From assembly GCA_041653535.1 (NCBI GenBank), contig JBAZFH010000005.1, forward strand, positions 12,012-76,011: a DNA stretch of 64,000 nt, given 5' to 3'. Under the pieces are notes generated by a model. The model had not been told where the DNA came from. It did not search any database and saw nothing but the letters and a program-made list of their open reading frames with translations. Positions 1 to 10,236 of this stretch are shown here, in pieces (the stretch's first letter is position 1; each line of letters starts with the position of its first letter). Origin of the DNA: Patescibacteria group bacterium. GTDB lineage: Bacteria; Patescibacteriota; Patescibacteriia; JACRDY01. Position numbers and translations under genes: made by a program.

Positions 1-414
1 ACCGCGCACTTGGCGCATCATAAACCAAATCAGTCCAATAAACAAAATTAACGGGATAACGAAAGGTAAGATAGTGTTGAGCCAAAAAGTAGCACCGGTA
101 TCGTCCTGTATTTCCAGGGAAAACTTTTGCATTTTTTCTGAAGTGACGCCGTAGTTTTTAAGCATTGTGGAAAAGGAATCTTCTGGTTCTTTTTTTACTT
201 CTTCCTTAGTACCGTCGGAAAGAACTATTTCCAATTTGTCACCCTTGACTATTATTTTACTAACCTGCTCTTGATTGATTTGCTCCACTACTTTTTCCAG
301 TCCGATGGTTTCGACTTTTTTCTGTAAAGGATTTTCTCCCAAACTAAGTATCGCGGCGATAATCAAAAAAACGACAAAAAAGATAATTATACTGCGCGTA
401 AGGTTATTTTTCAT
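1..414 (-). CDS. ftsH: ATP-dependent zinc metalloprotease FtsH, N-terminal part (runs off window start)
   Basis: Manual translation MKNNLTRSIIIFFVVFLIIAAILSLG...KIIVKGDKLEIVL...FWLNTILPFVIPLILFIGLIWFMMRQVRG: TM1, extracellular domain, TM2 ending WFMMRQ, typical of FtsH. Confidence 0.85.
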   Translation of the reverse strand, partial: MKNNLTRSIIIFFVVFLIIAAILSLGENPLQKKVETIGLEKVVEQINQEQVSKIIVKGDKLEIVLSDGTKEEVKKEPEDSFSTMLKNYGVTSEKMQKFSLEIQDDTGATFWLNTILPFVIPLILFIGLIWFMMRQVRG

Positions 415-555
415 AATATTTTGTTGTTTCTAATATTTAAGAATTAATCTGATTATAGTACGGTTTAGTCAAAAAAACAAGGTATAGGGATAGAGTATGC
501 GGTATGCGGGGTAGGACTAATTTCCCATATACCGCATACTCACTCCTGCATACTT

Positions 556-582
556 AAAATCCCCGCTTTTGACGGGGATTTT
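556..582 (-). terminator. Rho-independent terminator after rpsA
   Basis: aaaatccccg-ctttt-gacggggatttt hairpin with A/T tails. Confidence 0.75.
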
Positions 583-601
583 ATTCTATATTCTATAGAG
601 A

Positions 602-1834
602 TTATTCTTCTTTTTTTTCTTCGACTTTCTCCTCAGCTACTTCTTTCTTTTCTTCCTTATCTGCTTTGACTTTCTTTGCCTTTGGCTTGGCTTCCTTTTT
701 TTCTTCTTTCTTTTCATTCTCTGCCGGAGGCTTCAGACTAAGACCTAAGCGGTGATTTTCCGGCTCTATCGATACGATGGTAAACTCGATAGTATCATTA
801 GCCTTGGCGATCTGAGAAATATCTTCGATCGGTTTATTGGAAAGTTCGGAAATGTGAGCCAGACCATGAATATCCGGATCAAGTTCAACGAATAATCCAA
901 ACGGATTAATCTTGAGTACCTTACCCTTTACTCTTTGACCGATTTGATATTTTTTACCGACATTCTTCCATGGATCGTCCATTAAAGATTTGGTTGATAA
1001 AAATATTTTTGAACCTTCGATATTGATAATTTTAGCTTTGACAGTTTCACCGGGTTTGATGAAATCTTTCGGATCATCGATTCTCTGCCAGGCTAACTCG
1101 GAAATATGGATTAAGCCCTCCAGCTTTTCGCCAAATTCGACAAAAGCACCAAAGTCAGTAACGGCGGTAACCTTTCCTTCCACCATGTCGCCGACCTGAT
1201 ATTTGGCCAGAGTGCTATGCTGCTGTTCTTCCCAAGCGGCTTTTTCCGAAACAATCAATTTTTCATCACGTTCGTCAGCAGTAATCACTTTGACGTTAAA
1301 TTTCATCTTGACGTAACTTTTGAGTTTTTCCAAAATTTTAGCTTTATCGCCGCCAGGAACTCGAGGATAATGTTCCGGACTGAGCTGTGATACCGGCAAA
1401 AATCCCGGGACTTTGTTTACCCGGATCATCAAACCGCCGCGATTAGCATCAATAATTTCAGCCTGAACTATCTTACCTTCGGTCATTAAACTTTCCAGCG
1501 CGTCCCAAACTTTTTGTCTGCCGGCAAAACGGAAAGATAATTCCAATTCGCCATTTTCATTATCAAGATCTATCACGGTTGCCTCGACTTCATCGCCTAA
1601 CTTTAAACCCGAATAATCGTCTGATTCCAAATAAAGCTCCGGACCACGCGCAACGCCGGTGCCATAACCTTCGACATCCAATCTGACTTCTTTACTGGAA
1701 ACACTTAAAACCTTACCTTTTACGGTTTCTCCTATTACCGGCAACTTCAAATAGTTTTCGTCAGCGGCAAGTATTTTAGCCAAATCAGAAACTTTGGCTT
1801 CGTCTTTAATATTCTTTTTTAATTTTGGTGACAT
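602..1834 (-). CDS. rpsA: 30S ribosomal protein S1 (four S1 domains, K/E-rich tail)
   Basis: Repeated S1 motifs (VEGKVTAVTDFGAFV, LEGLIHISELAW, GLFVELDPDIHGLAHISELS); ATG at 1834 preferred over GTG at 1849. Confidence 0.93.
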   Translation of the reverse strand: MSPKLKKNIKDEAKVSDLAKILAADENYLKLPVIGETVKGKVLSVSSKEVRLDVEGYGTGVARGPELYLESDDYSGLKLGDEVEATVIDLDNENGELELSFRFAGRQKVWDALESLMTEGKIVQAEIIDANRGGLMIRVNKVPGFLPVSQLSPEHYPRVPGGDKAKILEKLKSYVKMKFNVKVITADERDEKLIVSEKAAWEEQQHSTLAKYQVGDMVEGKVTAVTDFGAFVEFGEKLEGLIHISELAWQRIDDPKDFIKPGETVKAKIINIEGSKIFLSTKSLMDDPWKNVGKKYQIGQRVKGKVLKINPFGLFVELDPDIHGLAHISELSNKPIEDISQIAKANDTIEFTIVSIEPENHRLGLSLKPPAENEKKEEKKEAKPKAKKVKADKEEKKEVAEEKVEEKKEE

Positions 1835-1990
1835 AAATAAAAAATTCACCTGCTAGGTGAAAGTGTTTATTTTAACCTGTTTGACCTTGTAAATAAAAGC
1901 GGTCAAGACAAGTCCTTAGTACCTAGCTAAGGGTTAGTTAATTAATTTTTAAGGTAAAGCCAGTATAATCGATGCCGGGAAATAAGTCAA
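1835..1990 (-). promoter_or_regulatory. rpsA sigma70 promoter and structured 5' leader with three hairpins
   Basis: TTGACT(1990-1985)-N17-TATACT(1967-1962); hairpins at 1914-1932, 1878-1910, 1845-1861. Confidence 0.65.
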
Positions 1991-2099
1991 GCATGGTAGT
2001 TGGTAGATGGTAGATGGGGAGTCCCTAGCTACCATCTACTAACTACCTTTACCCGATTTTAAAACCCCCGGCATTTCTACCAGGGGCTTTGTTGAATGG

Positions 2100-2876
2100 T
2101 TAAGTCACGACCGGGGTCTTCGGACCCACGGTCTTTTCGATTTCAGCCAGCGTTTCCTCGCCGGCGATAGGACCCACGGTCTTTTCCGTCGCCGAAGCAA
2201 CGGTCGTGGGAGACACAAGACCCAGCTCGACCTCGAACTGCTTGAGCAGTTCGTTGGCCTGTATTTTCTGGGCCTCTTTTTCAATTTCGAGACCCTGGAT
2301 ATCAATATTATCCAGAGCCATTTCCATTTTGGCTTGGGAAAGCGCCGCCTCGCGATCGATTCTTTCGATCATTTCATCGTGAGTGGCATCGATCCCTCCA
2401 ACCTGAAATTGTTCCATGGCGCCGGCGACTCTCGCCTGCCATTGGTTTTGCTTATGCAGCGCCAACGCCTGCTGCACTTTTTCGATGCGGCGAGACATTT
2501 CGGCCATGAAGACATCCTTAACCCTCATCGCCCTGTCTTTGGCTTCCAGCGCAACTCGCAGCTGTGCCTCATCGCTGGCACAGTCACCGTTCTCTTGCTC
2601 CAATGTAGTCGCGTAGCCGAGCGCCATATCACGGCGACCGACCTGCAATGATGCCTTGATTCGCGACTTAAGCTGCTCGATTTTTTCCCGTCGAGCGTCA
2701 AGTCGACTTTGAATGATGGTCGCATTCGCAACCATCATCGCAATGCCTTCGTTCATTTTCGGGACTTGCTCACGCAGCTCCCGAAGGTTTTGGCGAAGAA
2801 TTTTTTCCGGATCCTCCAAGGACTCAATCGCCCCACCAAGGAACGAACGCAACCACCGACGAAAACGCTTCCACAT
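2100..2876 (-). CDS. PspA/IM30 family protein
   Basis: EDPEKILRQNLREL motif and long coiled coils; GAGGAGG RBS ahead of ATG 2876; terminator at 2061-2090. Confidence 0.85.
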   Translation of the reverse strand: MWKRFRRWLRSFLGGAIESLEDPEKILRQNLRELREQVPKMNEGIAMMVANATIIQSRLDARREKIEQLKSRIKASLQVGRRDMALGYATTLEQENGDCASDEAQLRVALEAKDRAMRVKDVFMAEMSRRIEKVQQALALHKQNQWQARVAGAMEQFQVGGIDATHDEMIERIDREAALSQAKMEMALDNIDIQGLEIEKEAQKIQANELLKQFEVELGLVSPTTVASATEKTVGPIAGEETLAEIEKTVGPKTPVVT

Positions 2877-3179
2877 AGTATCCCTCCTCATTATTATTTC
2901 AATTTCAAATTAAAACGTTTTTATGTTTATGTTAATGAACAAACCAAAACATTAATGTAATAGCTTAATATAAAAATAAAAAATTGTCAATAGATGTTGG
3001 TAATTAGCAGGTGATGGCTGTGACGAACAACCAACGTACTTAAAACCATCTTGCGAACAGACCTAAATTAACAGTAATTTATACAATTCCCGACTCCCAA
3101 CCCCTGTGATCACCCCTTTTAAAATTATTTTTTTCATGCTAAAATGAAAACGTTATTTAACTATTTTTGTCTTATTTTT

Positions 3180-3830
3180 ATGCAAATTTCGTGGCTAGGA
3201 CACTCTTGTTTCAAAATCGAAACTAAAGGCGATAACGACACCGTTACCCTAGTTATCGACCCTTTCGAAGATTCCCTGGGAATCAAAATGTCATCTTGTA
3301 AAGCAGATGTTGTTTTAGTTACTCACGATCACACCGACCACAACAATATAGCCGCTATCAAAAGCGAACCGTTTGTTATCAAAGGCGCCGGCGAATATGA
3401 GGTGAAAAAAATAGTTGTCTATGGCGTCCCCACTTTTCACGATGATACTAAGGGAATAGAACGCGGAACTAACACCTGTTTTCGTATCGACGCTGAAGGA
3501 TTGTCTATCGCCCATCTTGGTGATTTGGGACACACTTTGACCGACGAACAGCTGGAGTTGCTCGAAGGAGTAGATGTTTTAATGATTCCTGTCGGTGGTA
3601 AATATACTCTTGATGCCAAACAGGCAAGCGAGGTGGTATCACAAATAGAGCCAAGGCTGGTTTTGCCGATGCATTTTAAATATCCCGGAGTCAGAGCAGA
3701 GCTGGACGGAGTAGAAGTTTTTCTTAAAGAACTAGGCACTAAAAAACAAGATAATATCGACAAACTAAAAATAAACAAAAAAGACCTTATTAATGAAGAT
3801 ACTCAGGTAGTACTTCTTAATGTTTCTTAA
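3180..3830 (+). CDS. MBL-fold metallo-hydrolase (Lactamase_B_3 type)
   Basis: MQISWLGHSCF, IDPF, THDHTDH, HLGDLG, PVGG, PMH motifs. Confidence 0.9.
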   Translation: MQISWLGHSCFKIETKGDNDTVTLVIDPFEDSLGIKMSSCKADVVLVTHDHTDHNNIAAIKSEPFVIKGAGEYEVKKIVVYGVPTFHDDTKGIERGTNTCFRIDAEGLSIAHLGDLGHTLTDEQLELLEGVDVLMIPVGGKYTLDAKQASEVVSQIEPRLVLPMHFKYPGVRAELDGVEVFLKELGTKKQDNIDKLKINKKDLINEDTQVVLLNVS

Positions 3831-3844
3831 AAAAAACAAAAAAT

Positions 3845-4552
3845 ATGCCCGAGCATAAAAACAAAAAAGCTCGTCAAAAATCAGAACATAAGATAAGCGT
3901 TTTTCCAGTCGAACCGGCTGAACACGACAGCAAGAAAAAAGCTATCATGACTTTAATTATAGTAATTTTGATGATTATCATATTTTGTGGCTGGATCTGG
4001 TCGCTCAAGTTTAGCTTTAACCAGCGGGAAATCACCGATGAAGAATTGGCTAAAGAAAAACAATGGGAGCTGCTCAAAGGCGAAATCGATGATTCTTTTG
4101 CCAGTATCAAAAAAAATCTGGCTAAAATAAAAAATTCTCTGGATGTCCAAGAAAAAGCCGCCAATCTTAACCAGACCGAGATAGAAAGGCTTAAAGACAG
4201 CCTGAATAAAGAGATGATAAACAACTGGATAACCTACAGTAATTTTGACTATAATTTTTCGATAAAGTATCCGGCGACATGGCAGCAGGAAACACGAGAA
4301 GGAAAAATCACTTTTAGCGAGAATGGAAAAGAAATGGCGACTATTATTATCGCTCCGGAAATCGCCAGACCAAAAGTCGCCGATGATAAAATAAAAATTT
4401 TCTTTTTAGACAATACTGAAGCCCGACTATATACCGACGCAAATACCAACACGGTGATCGCCGCCTTACCGGAAGGCAAAAACGATATTGCTATTTCGGG
4501 ATCAGGCGCAACCACGGAACAAATGGCGTCGACTTTCAAATTTATTAAATAG
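3845..4552 (+). CDS. Single-pass membrane protein with C-terminal PsbP-like domain
   Basis: N-terminal TM, coiled coil, WITYSNFDYNFSIKYPATW and MASTFKF motifs. Confidence 0.6.
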   Translation: MPEHKNKKARQKSEHKISVFPVEPAEHDSKKKAIMTLIIVILMIIIFCGWIWSLKFSFNQREITDEELAKEKQWELLKGEIDDSFASIKKNLAKIKNSLDVQEKAANLNQTEIERLKDSLNKEMINNWITYSNFDYNFSIKYPATWQQETREGKITFSENGKEMATIIIAPEIARPKVADDKIKIFFLDNTEARLYTDANTNTVIAALPEGKNDIAISGSGATTEQMASTFKFIK

Positions 4553-4630
4553 TTATCATAGAATAAGCTGGTCATGCCCAAGGCTAGTACAACCACTAGC
4601 TGTCAAGCCACTAGCTCCTAGCCACTAATT

Positions 4631-7183
4631 ATGAAAAAACTTTCCAAGAGAAAACCGATTGGTTCTCCAAAAGATAAAATGCCGGAAGAACAACCAAAAA
4701 ACGCAAAACCGCAAACATTGCCGATAAAAACCGAATCGACTAACGAAGGCAAATTAATGCTGCAACCGCTAGTAGATGAAATGAAGCAATGTTATCTGGA
4801 TTACGCCATGTCGGTTATAGTTTCACGCGCTTTGCCGGATGTTCGTGACGGCATGAAACCAGTCCATCGCAGGATTCTTTATGCCATGTGGACGCTGGGT
4901 CTGCGTCACTCTGCCAAATTCCGCAAATCAGCAACCGTGGTCGGAGAAGTTCTCGGTAATTACCATCCGCATGGTGATGCCGCGGTATATGACTCCATGG
5001 TTCGCTTGGCACAAGATTTTAACATGCGCTATCAGTTAATATCCGGTCAGGGCAACTTTGGTTCGGTAGACGGCGATCCAGCGGCGGCCATGCGTTATAC
5101 CGAGGCCAAGCTTGCTTCTGTTTCCGAAGAACTACTACTGGATATAGAAAAAAATACTGTTAATTTCGTTCCCAACTACGACGGATCAAAAAAAGAACCG
5201 ACCGTACTCCCGGCCAAACTGCCGAATCTACTGCTCAACGGCGGTATGGGCATTGCCGTTGGTATGGCTACCAGTATCCCGCCACACAATCTGACCGAAC
5301 TATGCGACGGCACTGTTGCTGTAATCGACAATCCCAAAATCACTGTCGAAGAATTAATGCAATATATCAAAGGTCCGGATTTCCCTACCGGCGGAACGAT
5401 TTTTAATATTGAAGAAATTAAATCCGCCTATGGCACCGGAAAAGGCGGTATCATAATGCGCGCCAAAAGTGAAATAGTTGAAGAAAGAGGTACTTTCAAA
5501 ATTATTATCACCGAAATTCCTTATCAGGTGAATAAAGCAACCCTGATGGAAAAAATCGCCGATTTGGTCCGTGAAAAAAAGATCGACGCTATAAAAGATC
5601 TGCGGGATGAATCTTCGAAAGAAGGTATTCGCATTGTTATTGAACTAAAAAAAGATTCTTATCCGAAAAAAGTCCTCAATCAGTTATACAAACACACACA
5701 ACTACAAGAAAGTTTTCACGTAAACATGCTTGCTCTAGTCGACGGTATACAGCCGCGAGTTTTGAATTTAAAAATGATTTTGGAAGAATATATAAAGCAC
5801 CGTCAAGAAGTAATCGCCAGACGTACGCAATACGATCTGGACAAAGCCAAAGACCGTGCCCATATTTTGGAAGGTTTGATGATTGCCCTAAACAAAATCG
5901 ATGCGGTGATTAAAGTTATCAAATCGTCAAAAGACAAAGATGTTGCCAAAACTAATTTGATGAGCAAGTTCAAACTGTCCGAACGCCAAGCGGTCGCCAT
6001 TCTGGAAATGCGACTGCAAAATCTGGCAAACCTTGAACAGCTAAAAATTGAAACCGAACTCAAAGAAAAACGCCAGCTGATCAAAGAATTGACCGAGATA
6101 CTCAACTCACCAAAAAGAATTCTAGGTATTATCAAGGGCGAATTAAAAGAAATCAGGGATAAATATGGCGACGAACGCCGAACCAAAATTGTTAACTCCG
6201 CACCGGATAAATTTACCATGGAAGACCTGGTTCCAGACGAAGCGACGATTGTTACCATCACTAAAGACGGCTATATCAAACGCCTTTCTCCGGAAAATTT
6301 TCGCACCCAGTCTCGCGGCGGTAAAGGAGTACTTGGTCTAACTACCAAAGAAGAGGATACCGTCGATCAATTCTTCTCCACCTCTACTCATTCCGACCTG
6401 ATGTTTTTTACCAACAGCGGCAAAGTATTCCAACTCAAAGCCTATGACATCCCGGCTGCTTCCCGCACTGCCAAAGGACAATCGATTGTTAATTTTTTAC
6501 AGCTAACCAGTAATGAAAAAATCACTACCGCACTTTCCCTCAAAGAACTTTCTGATCAAAAATATCTGGTAATGGTTACCAAACACGGCGTGATCAAAAA
6601 AGTAGAAATCACTGCTTTTGAAAACGTCCGCCGCAACGGTCTGATTGCCGTCCGACTCAAAGGTGACGACGAACTGCGCTGGGTCAAATATTCTTCTGGT
6701 AAAGACGAAATAATATTGATGTCATCTGGCGGCCAAGCAATTCGTTTCAAAGAAAACACTATTCGCGCTATGGGTCGCGGCGCTGCCGGAGTCCGCGGCA
6801 TGCGCCTCAAAGGTAATGATGAGATAGTCGGCATGGATGTTGTCAGCGGCAAAACAACCGACGCCGAATTAATGGTGATTATGGAACACGGTTTTGGTAA
6901 GCGCAGTAAACTATCCAACTACAAAGTCCAGGGTCGCGGCGGCTCAGGTATCAAAACCGCCAAAATCACTCCTAAGACCGGAAAAATAGTCATTGGAGAG
7001 ATTATCGACCTCAAGGCTCTACCCGAAACTTCCACCGGTGATGTTGTTGTCGTCTCGGAAAAAGGTCAAGTAATTCGCCTGCCGCTCAAATCAGTACCGA
7101 TTATCGGTCGCGCCACCCAGGGCGTAAGGATTATGAGGTTTAAAGAAGACGGTGATAAAGTAGTTTCAGTTGCCCTAGTCTAA
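4631..7183 (+). CDS. gyrA: DNA gyrase subunit A
   Basis: [33 protein letters not shown] catalytic Tyr, GyrA box QSRGGKG, beta-pinwheel repeats. Confidence 0.98.
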   Translation: MKKLSKRKPIGSPKDKMPEEQPKNAKPQTLPIKTESTNEGKLMLQPLVDEMKQCYLDYAMSVIVSRALPDVRDGMKPVHRRILYAMWTLGLRHSAKFRKSATVVGEVLGNYHPHGDAAVYDSMVRLAQDFNMRYQLISGQGNFGSVDGDPAAAMRYTEAKLASVSEELLLDIEKNTVNFVPNYDGSKKEPTVLPAKLPNLLLNGGMGIAVGMATSIPPHNLTELCDGTVAVIDNPKITVEELMQYIKGPDFPTGGTIFNIEEIKSAYGTGKGGIIMRAKSEIVEERGTFKIIITEIPYQVNKATLMEKIADLVREKKIDAIKDLRDESSKEGIRIVIELKKDSYPKKVLNQLYKHTQLQESFHVNMLALVDGIQPRVLNLKMILEEYIKHRQEVIARRTQYDLDKAKDRAHILEGLMIALNKIDAVIKVIKSSKDKDVAKTNLMSKFKLSERQAVAILEMRLQNLANLEQLKIETELKEKRQLIKELTEILNSPKRILGIIKGELKEIRDKYGDERRTKIVNSAPDKFTMEDLVPDEATIVTITKDGYIKRLSPENFRTQSRGGKGVLGLTTKEEDTVDQFFSTSTHSDLMFFTNSGKVFQLKAYDIPAASRTAKGQSIVNFLQLTSNEKITTALSLKELSDQKYLVMVTKHGVIKKVEITAFENVRRNGLIAVRLKGDDELRWVKYSSGKDEIILMSSGGQAIRFKENTIRAMGRGAAGVRGMRLKGNDEIVGMDVVSGKTTDAELMVIMEHGFGKRSKLSNYKVQGRGGSGIKTAKITPKTGKIVIGEIIDLKALPETSTGDVVVVSEKGQVIRLPLKSVPIIGRATQGVRIMRFKEDGDKVVSVALV

Positions 7184-7200
7184 ACAAAAAAAAGTAAAAT

Positions 7201-7237
7201 AAAAAAATCGCCCTGCATAACACGGGGCGGTTTTTTT
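7201..7237. terminator. Bidirectional terminator between gyrA and convergent ORF
   Basis: A7-tcgccctg-cataa-cacggggcgg-T7. Confidence 0.8.
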
Positions 7238-7238
7238 A

Positions 7239-7685
7239 TCATAAAGAAACTTTAATTCGTTTTATTGTTTGATTACTCCCCCGCACATCTATCTTATCAA
7301 CTATCAATTCTTTAGCATGCAGACCAAAATTTTCGATTTTATTAATCTGCTTTTGAATACTGCTATTTGGTTTCAATAATATTAAGACTCCTGTTTCAAA
7401 AACTTTTACATATGCTACCAGACACTGTCCATCTTTTTTTGTCCCTTTTTCTAAGCCAAAAAACGGAGTAGCCAGTAAAACCTCGTCAGCGGCGCTATCC
7501 ATTCCTGCCGCTAGTCGCTCCTCGCTAAAAACTTTATTATCCCAAACCAAATTTTCCTGATGAAAAAGATTGATCGTCGGCGCAACCACAAAATCAGCCG
7601 CTTTTAATATCTCTTCGGCTTCTTGCGAGTCGTACGACTTGCGAAGACTTCCGATTTTTTCTTCTTCCCAAACAGGCACTTCCAT
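7239..7685 (-). CDS. Hypothetical protein (148 aa)
   Basis: Open frame with host-like composition, ends at shared terminator; no motif recognised. Confidence 0.6.
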   Translation of the reverse strand: MEVPVWEEEKIGSLRKSYDSQEAEEILKAADFVVAPTINLFHQENLVWDNKVFSEERLAAGMDSAADEVLLATPFFGLEKGTKKDGQCLVAYVKVFETGVLILLKPNSSIQKQINKIENFGLHAKELIVDKIDVRGSNQTIKRIKVSL

Positions 7686-7769
7686 ATGTATTTATTAAAG
7701 CATTGAAAAAGCAAAAAAGCAAAAAAACCCAGCCATTGACTTTTAACTTAGGTTATGATTAAATTACCT

Positions 7770-8258
7770 ATCCAACAAACTGTAGACGAGGTGAAAGTGG
7801 GCTTATTGAGACATCTTAATACTTGTTTACTTACCTCGTCCCTTCTCTAAAGACTTCCTTGTCAAAGTTTTTAGAGAGGGTAAAAGATGCGCTGCGTAGC
7901 CAAATAAAATAAAAAGCTGGCTGGCGATGTCAATTTTTACCCTCTACCACAATTCAACTCGGGCGAGGCGAAAAGGAGGTTATTAAATCATCATAATGAA
8001 GCATAATCTTTTACCTCGCCCCTTCTCTAAAGATTTTCCACTAAAATTTTTAGAGAGGGTAAAAGAAGTGAAGGATAGTCTAGGAAAGACTGAAAAATGT
8101 AATTTTTTTCCCTCTGCCACAACTTGGCTCGGGCGAGACGACAATGACTGTATTAAATTTACTAACGAACCTCGTCTTATCTCGCCCCTTCTCTCTTTTT
8201 TTATTATAAAAACCAATAAATCAACTACCGCCTTGTTCAAAAACAGGCGGTTTTTTTT
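7770..8258 (+). ncRNA. Putative structured non-coding RNA made of ~2.3 tandem ~175-nt modules
   Basis: TTGACT(7736)-N18-TAAATT upstream; repeated stems with compensatory changes at 7785-8194; terminator accgcctt...caggcgg-T8 at 8227-8258; no credible ORF. Confidence 0.65.
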
Positions 8259-8445
8259 ACGCCAAAGAACCTTACAATCTTGTCAAACTGGTGAATAAAA
8301 ATAAATCGTAAGCATTTAAAATGACACTTGACAATTACTAAAAATTCAGATAAATTACCAGCGACCAACATAATGTTGGTGTTCATTTCACCCCATCCTT
8401 TGTGACTAGCCCAAGAGCGCTAGCCACCAAAAAAGGAGATTAATC

Positions 8446-9306
8446 ATGCCAGAATTTAGAGACCATGGAAGACCCCCGCTGATGATCGACAGGTTGGTAG
8501 AGCAAATCAAAGCTACTACCACGCCATTTAAAATGGCGATCGCTCTGATCAAAACCATCAACACTTTAGACGGTCGCACTCCTTCGGAAATATTTTCCAC
8601 CTGGGTAGATTTGGTAAACCACTTCAGCGTCTTAAGTAGAATGAACCAGCATCTATTTCACAGCATAGTATCACCGGGAACCGAAGAAGCGCGTGACCTC
8701 ACCAAAGCATCTCTCGAAGGTCTCTCCCGCCGACTCCGCATACCCACTTCTCATTTAACAGACATTTATTCTGGTCGTGCACGACCTCTGGCAAAAATGG
8801 AAGAGGGTAACCGTTTGATTGTCGAATCATTAATAGACGTCTTTAATCGTAGCTGGAGATGTTATTGGTGGCTCGAAAAACGCGATCAGGCGTATGTTGT
8901 CGAATTTCTGATTGCCGCCCACAACTACTATAACAAACTTGCAAAGAAAGAAAGCTATGACGGCGAATACCTCAAAAAGGTCATTGACACGCTAATGAAG
9001 TGCGGTCAATGGGGACTCTTCCGGCAAAATAACAAGGTCTACTTGATTCCTCAAATATTTTATCTTTTGAACCCAACGGCTCAATTACAGTGGAGTGATT
9101 GGAGTCGGCTGACTGACGGCGGTTCAGGGTTGGCTAAAAACGACAAAAAAACGATCAAAAATGATATTGATTTAATCCTGGCTACGGCTGGTGAAGCACT
9201 TAGCGTAGAAATATCCCGTACCGATTTATATGATTCGGAACAGGAAAACGCCGCCCAGACATTACTGTATCTCATCGCCGTAGTATTTTTTAGGAACGCT
9301 TTATAA
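8446..9306 (+). CDS. Hypothetical protein with internal XRE/Cro-like helix-turn-helix
   Basis: SLEGLSRRLRIPTSHLTDIYSGRARP resembles the HTH_3 consensus; own promoter TTGACA(8328)-N17-TAAATT, AAGGAG RBS, terminator 9313-9339. Confidence 0.6.
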   Translation: MPEFRDHGRPPLMIDRLVEQIKATTTPFKMAIALIKTINTLDGRTPSEIFSTWVDLVNHFSVLSRMNQHLFHSIVSPGTEEARDLTKASLEGLSRRLRIPTSHLTDIYSGRARPLAKMEEGNRLIVESLIDVFNRSWRCYWWLEKRDQAYVVEFLIAAHNYYNKLAKKESYDGEYLKKVIDTLMKCGQWGLFRQNNKVYLIPQIFYLLNPTAQLQWSDWSRLTDGGSGLAKNDKKTIKNDIDLILATAGEALSVEISRTDLYDSEQENAAQTLLYLIAVVFFRNAL

Positions 9307-9421
9307 CATCCGAACCCCGCTTCAACCAAAGCGGGGTTTAATCTTGCCAAAAACAATAAAATCATATATATTACTTGCAGTTTTTCCTAACCACTAACTA
9401 CTAATCACTAACCACTATATT

Positions 9422-9640
9422 ATGACAATTCCAGCCAAACGTAGACCAAAATCAAAAACTAGGATGGGGCGATCTCACCAAGCCCTCAAAGGCATTACCC
9501 TGGGTAAATGTCCGAAATGTAAAAAACCGATGCTACCTCACCGCGCCTGCGGTTATTGCGGATATTATAAAAACAGAGAAATAGTCAAGGTTAAAACCAA
9601 ACTTGCCAAGTCTAAAAATAGCAAGGCCGAGGAAAAATAA
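9422..9640 (+). CDS. rpmF: 50S ribosomal protein L32
   Basis: CPKC...PHRACGYCGYY zinc-binding L32 signature. Confidence 0.95.
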   Translation: MTIPAKRRPKSKTRMGRSHQALKGITLGKCPKCKKPMLPHRACGYCGYYKNREIVKVKTKLAKSKNSKAEEK

Positions 9641-9651
9641 AATAAAAAAAT

Positions 9652-10131
9652 ATGTCTAGCCGACACTTAAGTCGCACCGTAGCCATGCAAACCCTTTATC
9701 AATGGGATTTTAGCGGTTGCAAAGATGACGTAAAAAGCATTTTGGAACACAATTTGTCCGAAATCGCTCCCGGTATGGAGGATTATAGTTTCCCGGAAAA
9801 TATTATTAATGGCGTGCTGAAGAACCAAAAAGAAATTGATAAGCTAATCGTCAAATTTGCTCCCGAATGGCCGTTGGAAAAAATCACTATTGTCGACCGG
9901 AATATTTTGCGTATCGGCATATACGAACTAAAGTTTGACCCGGAAATCCCAGCCAAAGTCGTGATCAATGAAGCAATCGAAATAGCCAAAACTTTCAGCG
10001 GTGAAAGCAGCGGCAAGTTTGTCAACGGAGTCCTCGGAGCCATATATAAAGAAATGGGCGAAAAACACACCCCCAACGATACCAAAGAAAACGAAAACAA
10101 AGAAACTAAGACCGAGGAAGTTAAAACCTAA
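9652..10131 (+). CDS. nusB: Transcription antitermination factor NusB
   Basis: [38 protein letters not shown]. Confidence 0.96.
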   Translation: MSSRHLSRTVAMQTLYQWDFSGCKDDVKSILEHNLSEIAPGMEDYSFPENIINGVLKNQKEIDKLIVKFAPEWPLEKITIVDRNILRIGIYELKFDPEIPAKVVINEAIEIAKTFSGESSGKFVNGVLGAIYKEMGEKHTPNDTKENENKETKTEEVKT

Positions 10132-10236
10132 GGAAACAAAATAACTTTAAAAAATAATCTCTGCCCAAATACCAGGATACCGGAAAATAAAAAAAGCCGA
10201 TGTCCCGATATTTTGACAGGTGGACGTAATGACTTT

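Noticed and set aside
7785-8194. CRISPR array or protein-coding ORFs (7996-8298 +, 7983-8240 -)
   Set aside because: Two alternating degenerate repeats with self-pairing interiors do not fit CRISPR; the ORFs cover only one module, cross the terminator, and conservation follows base pairing
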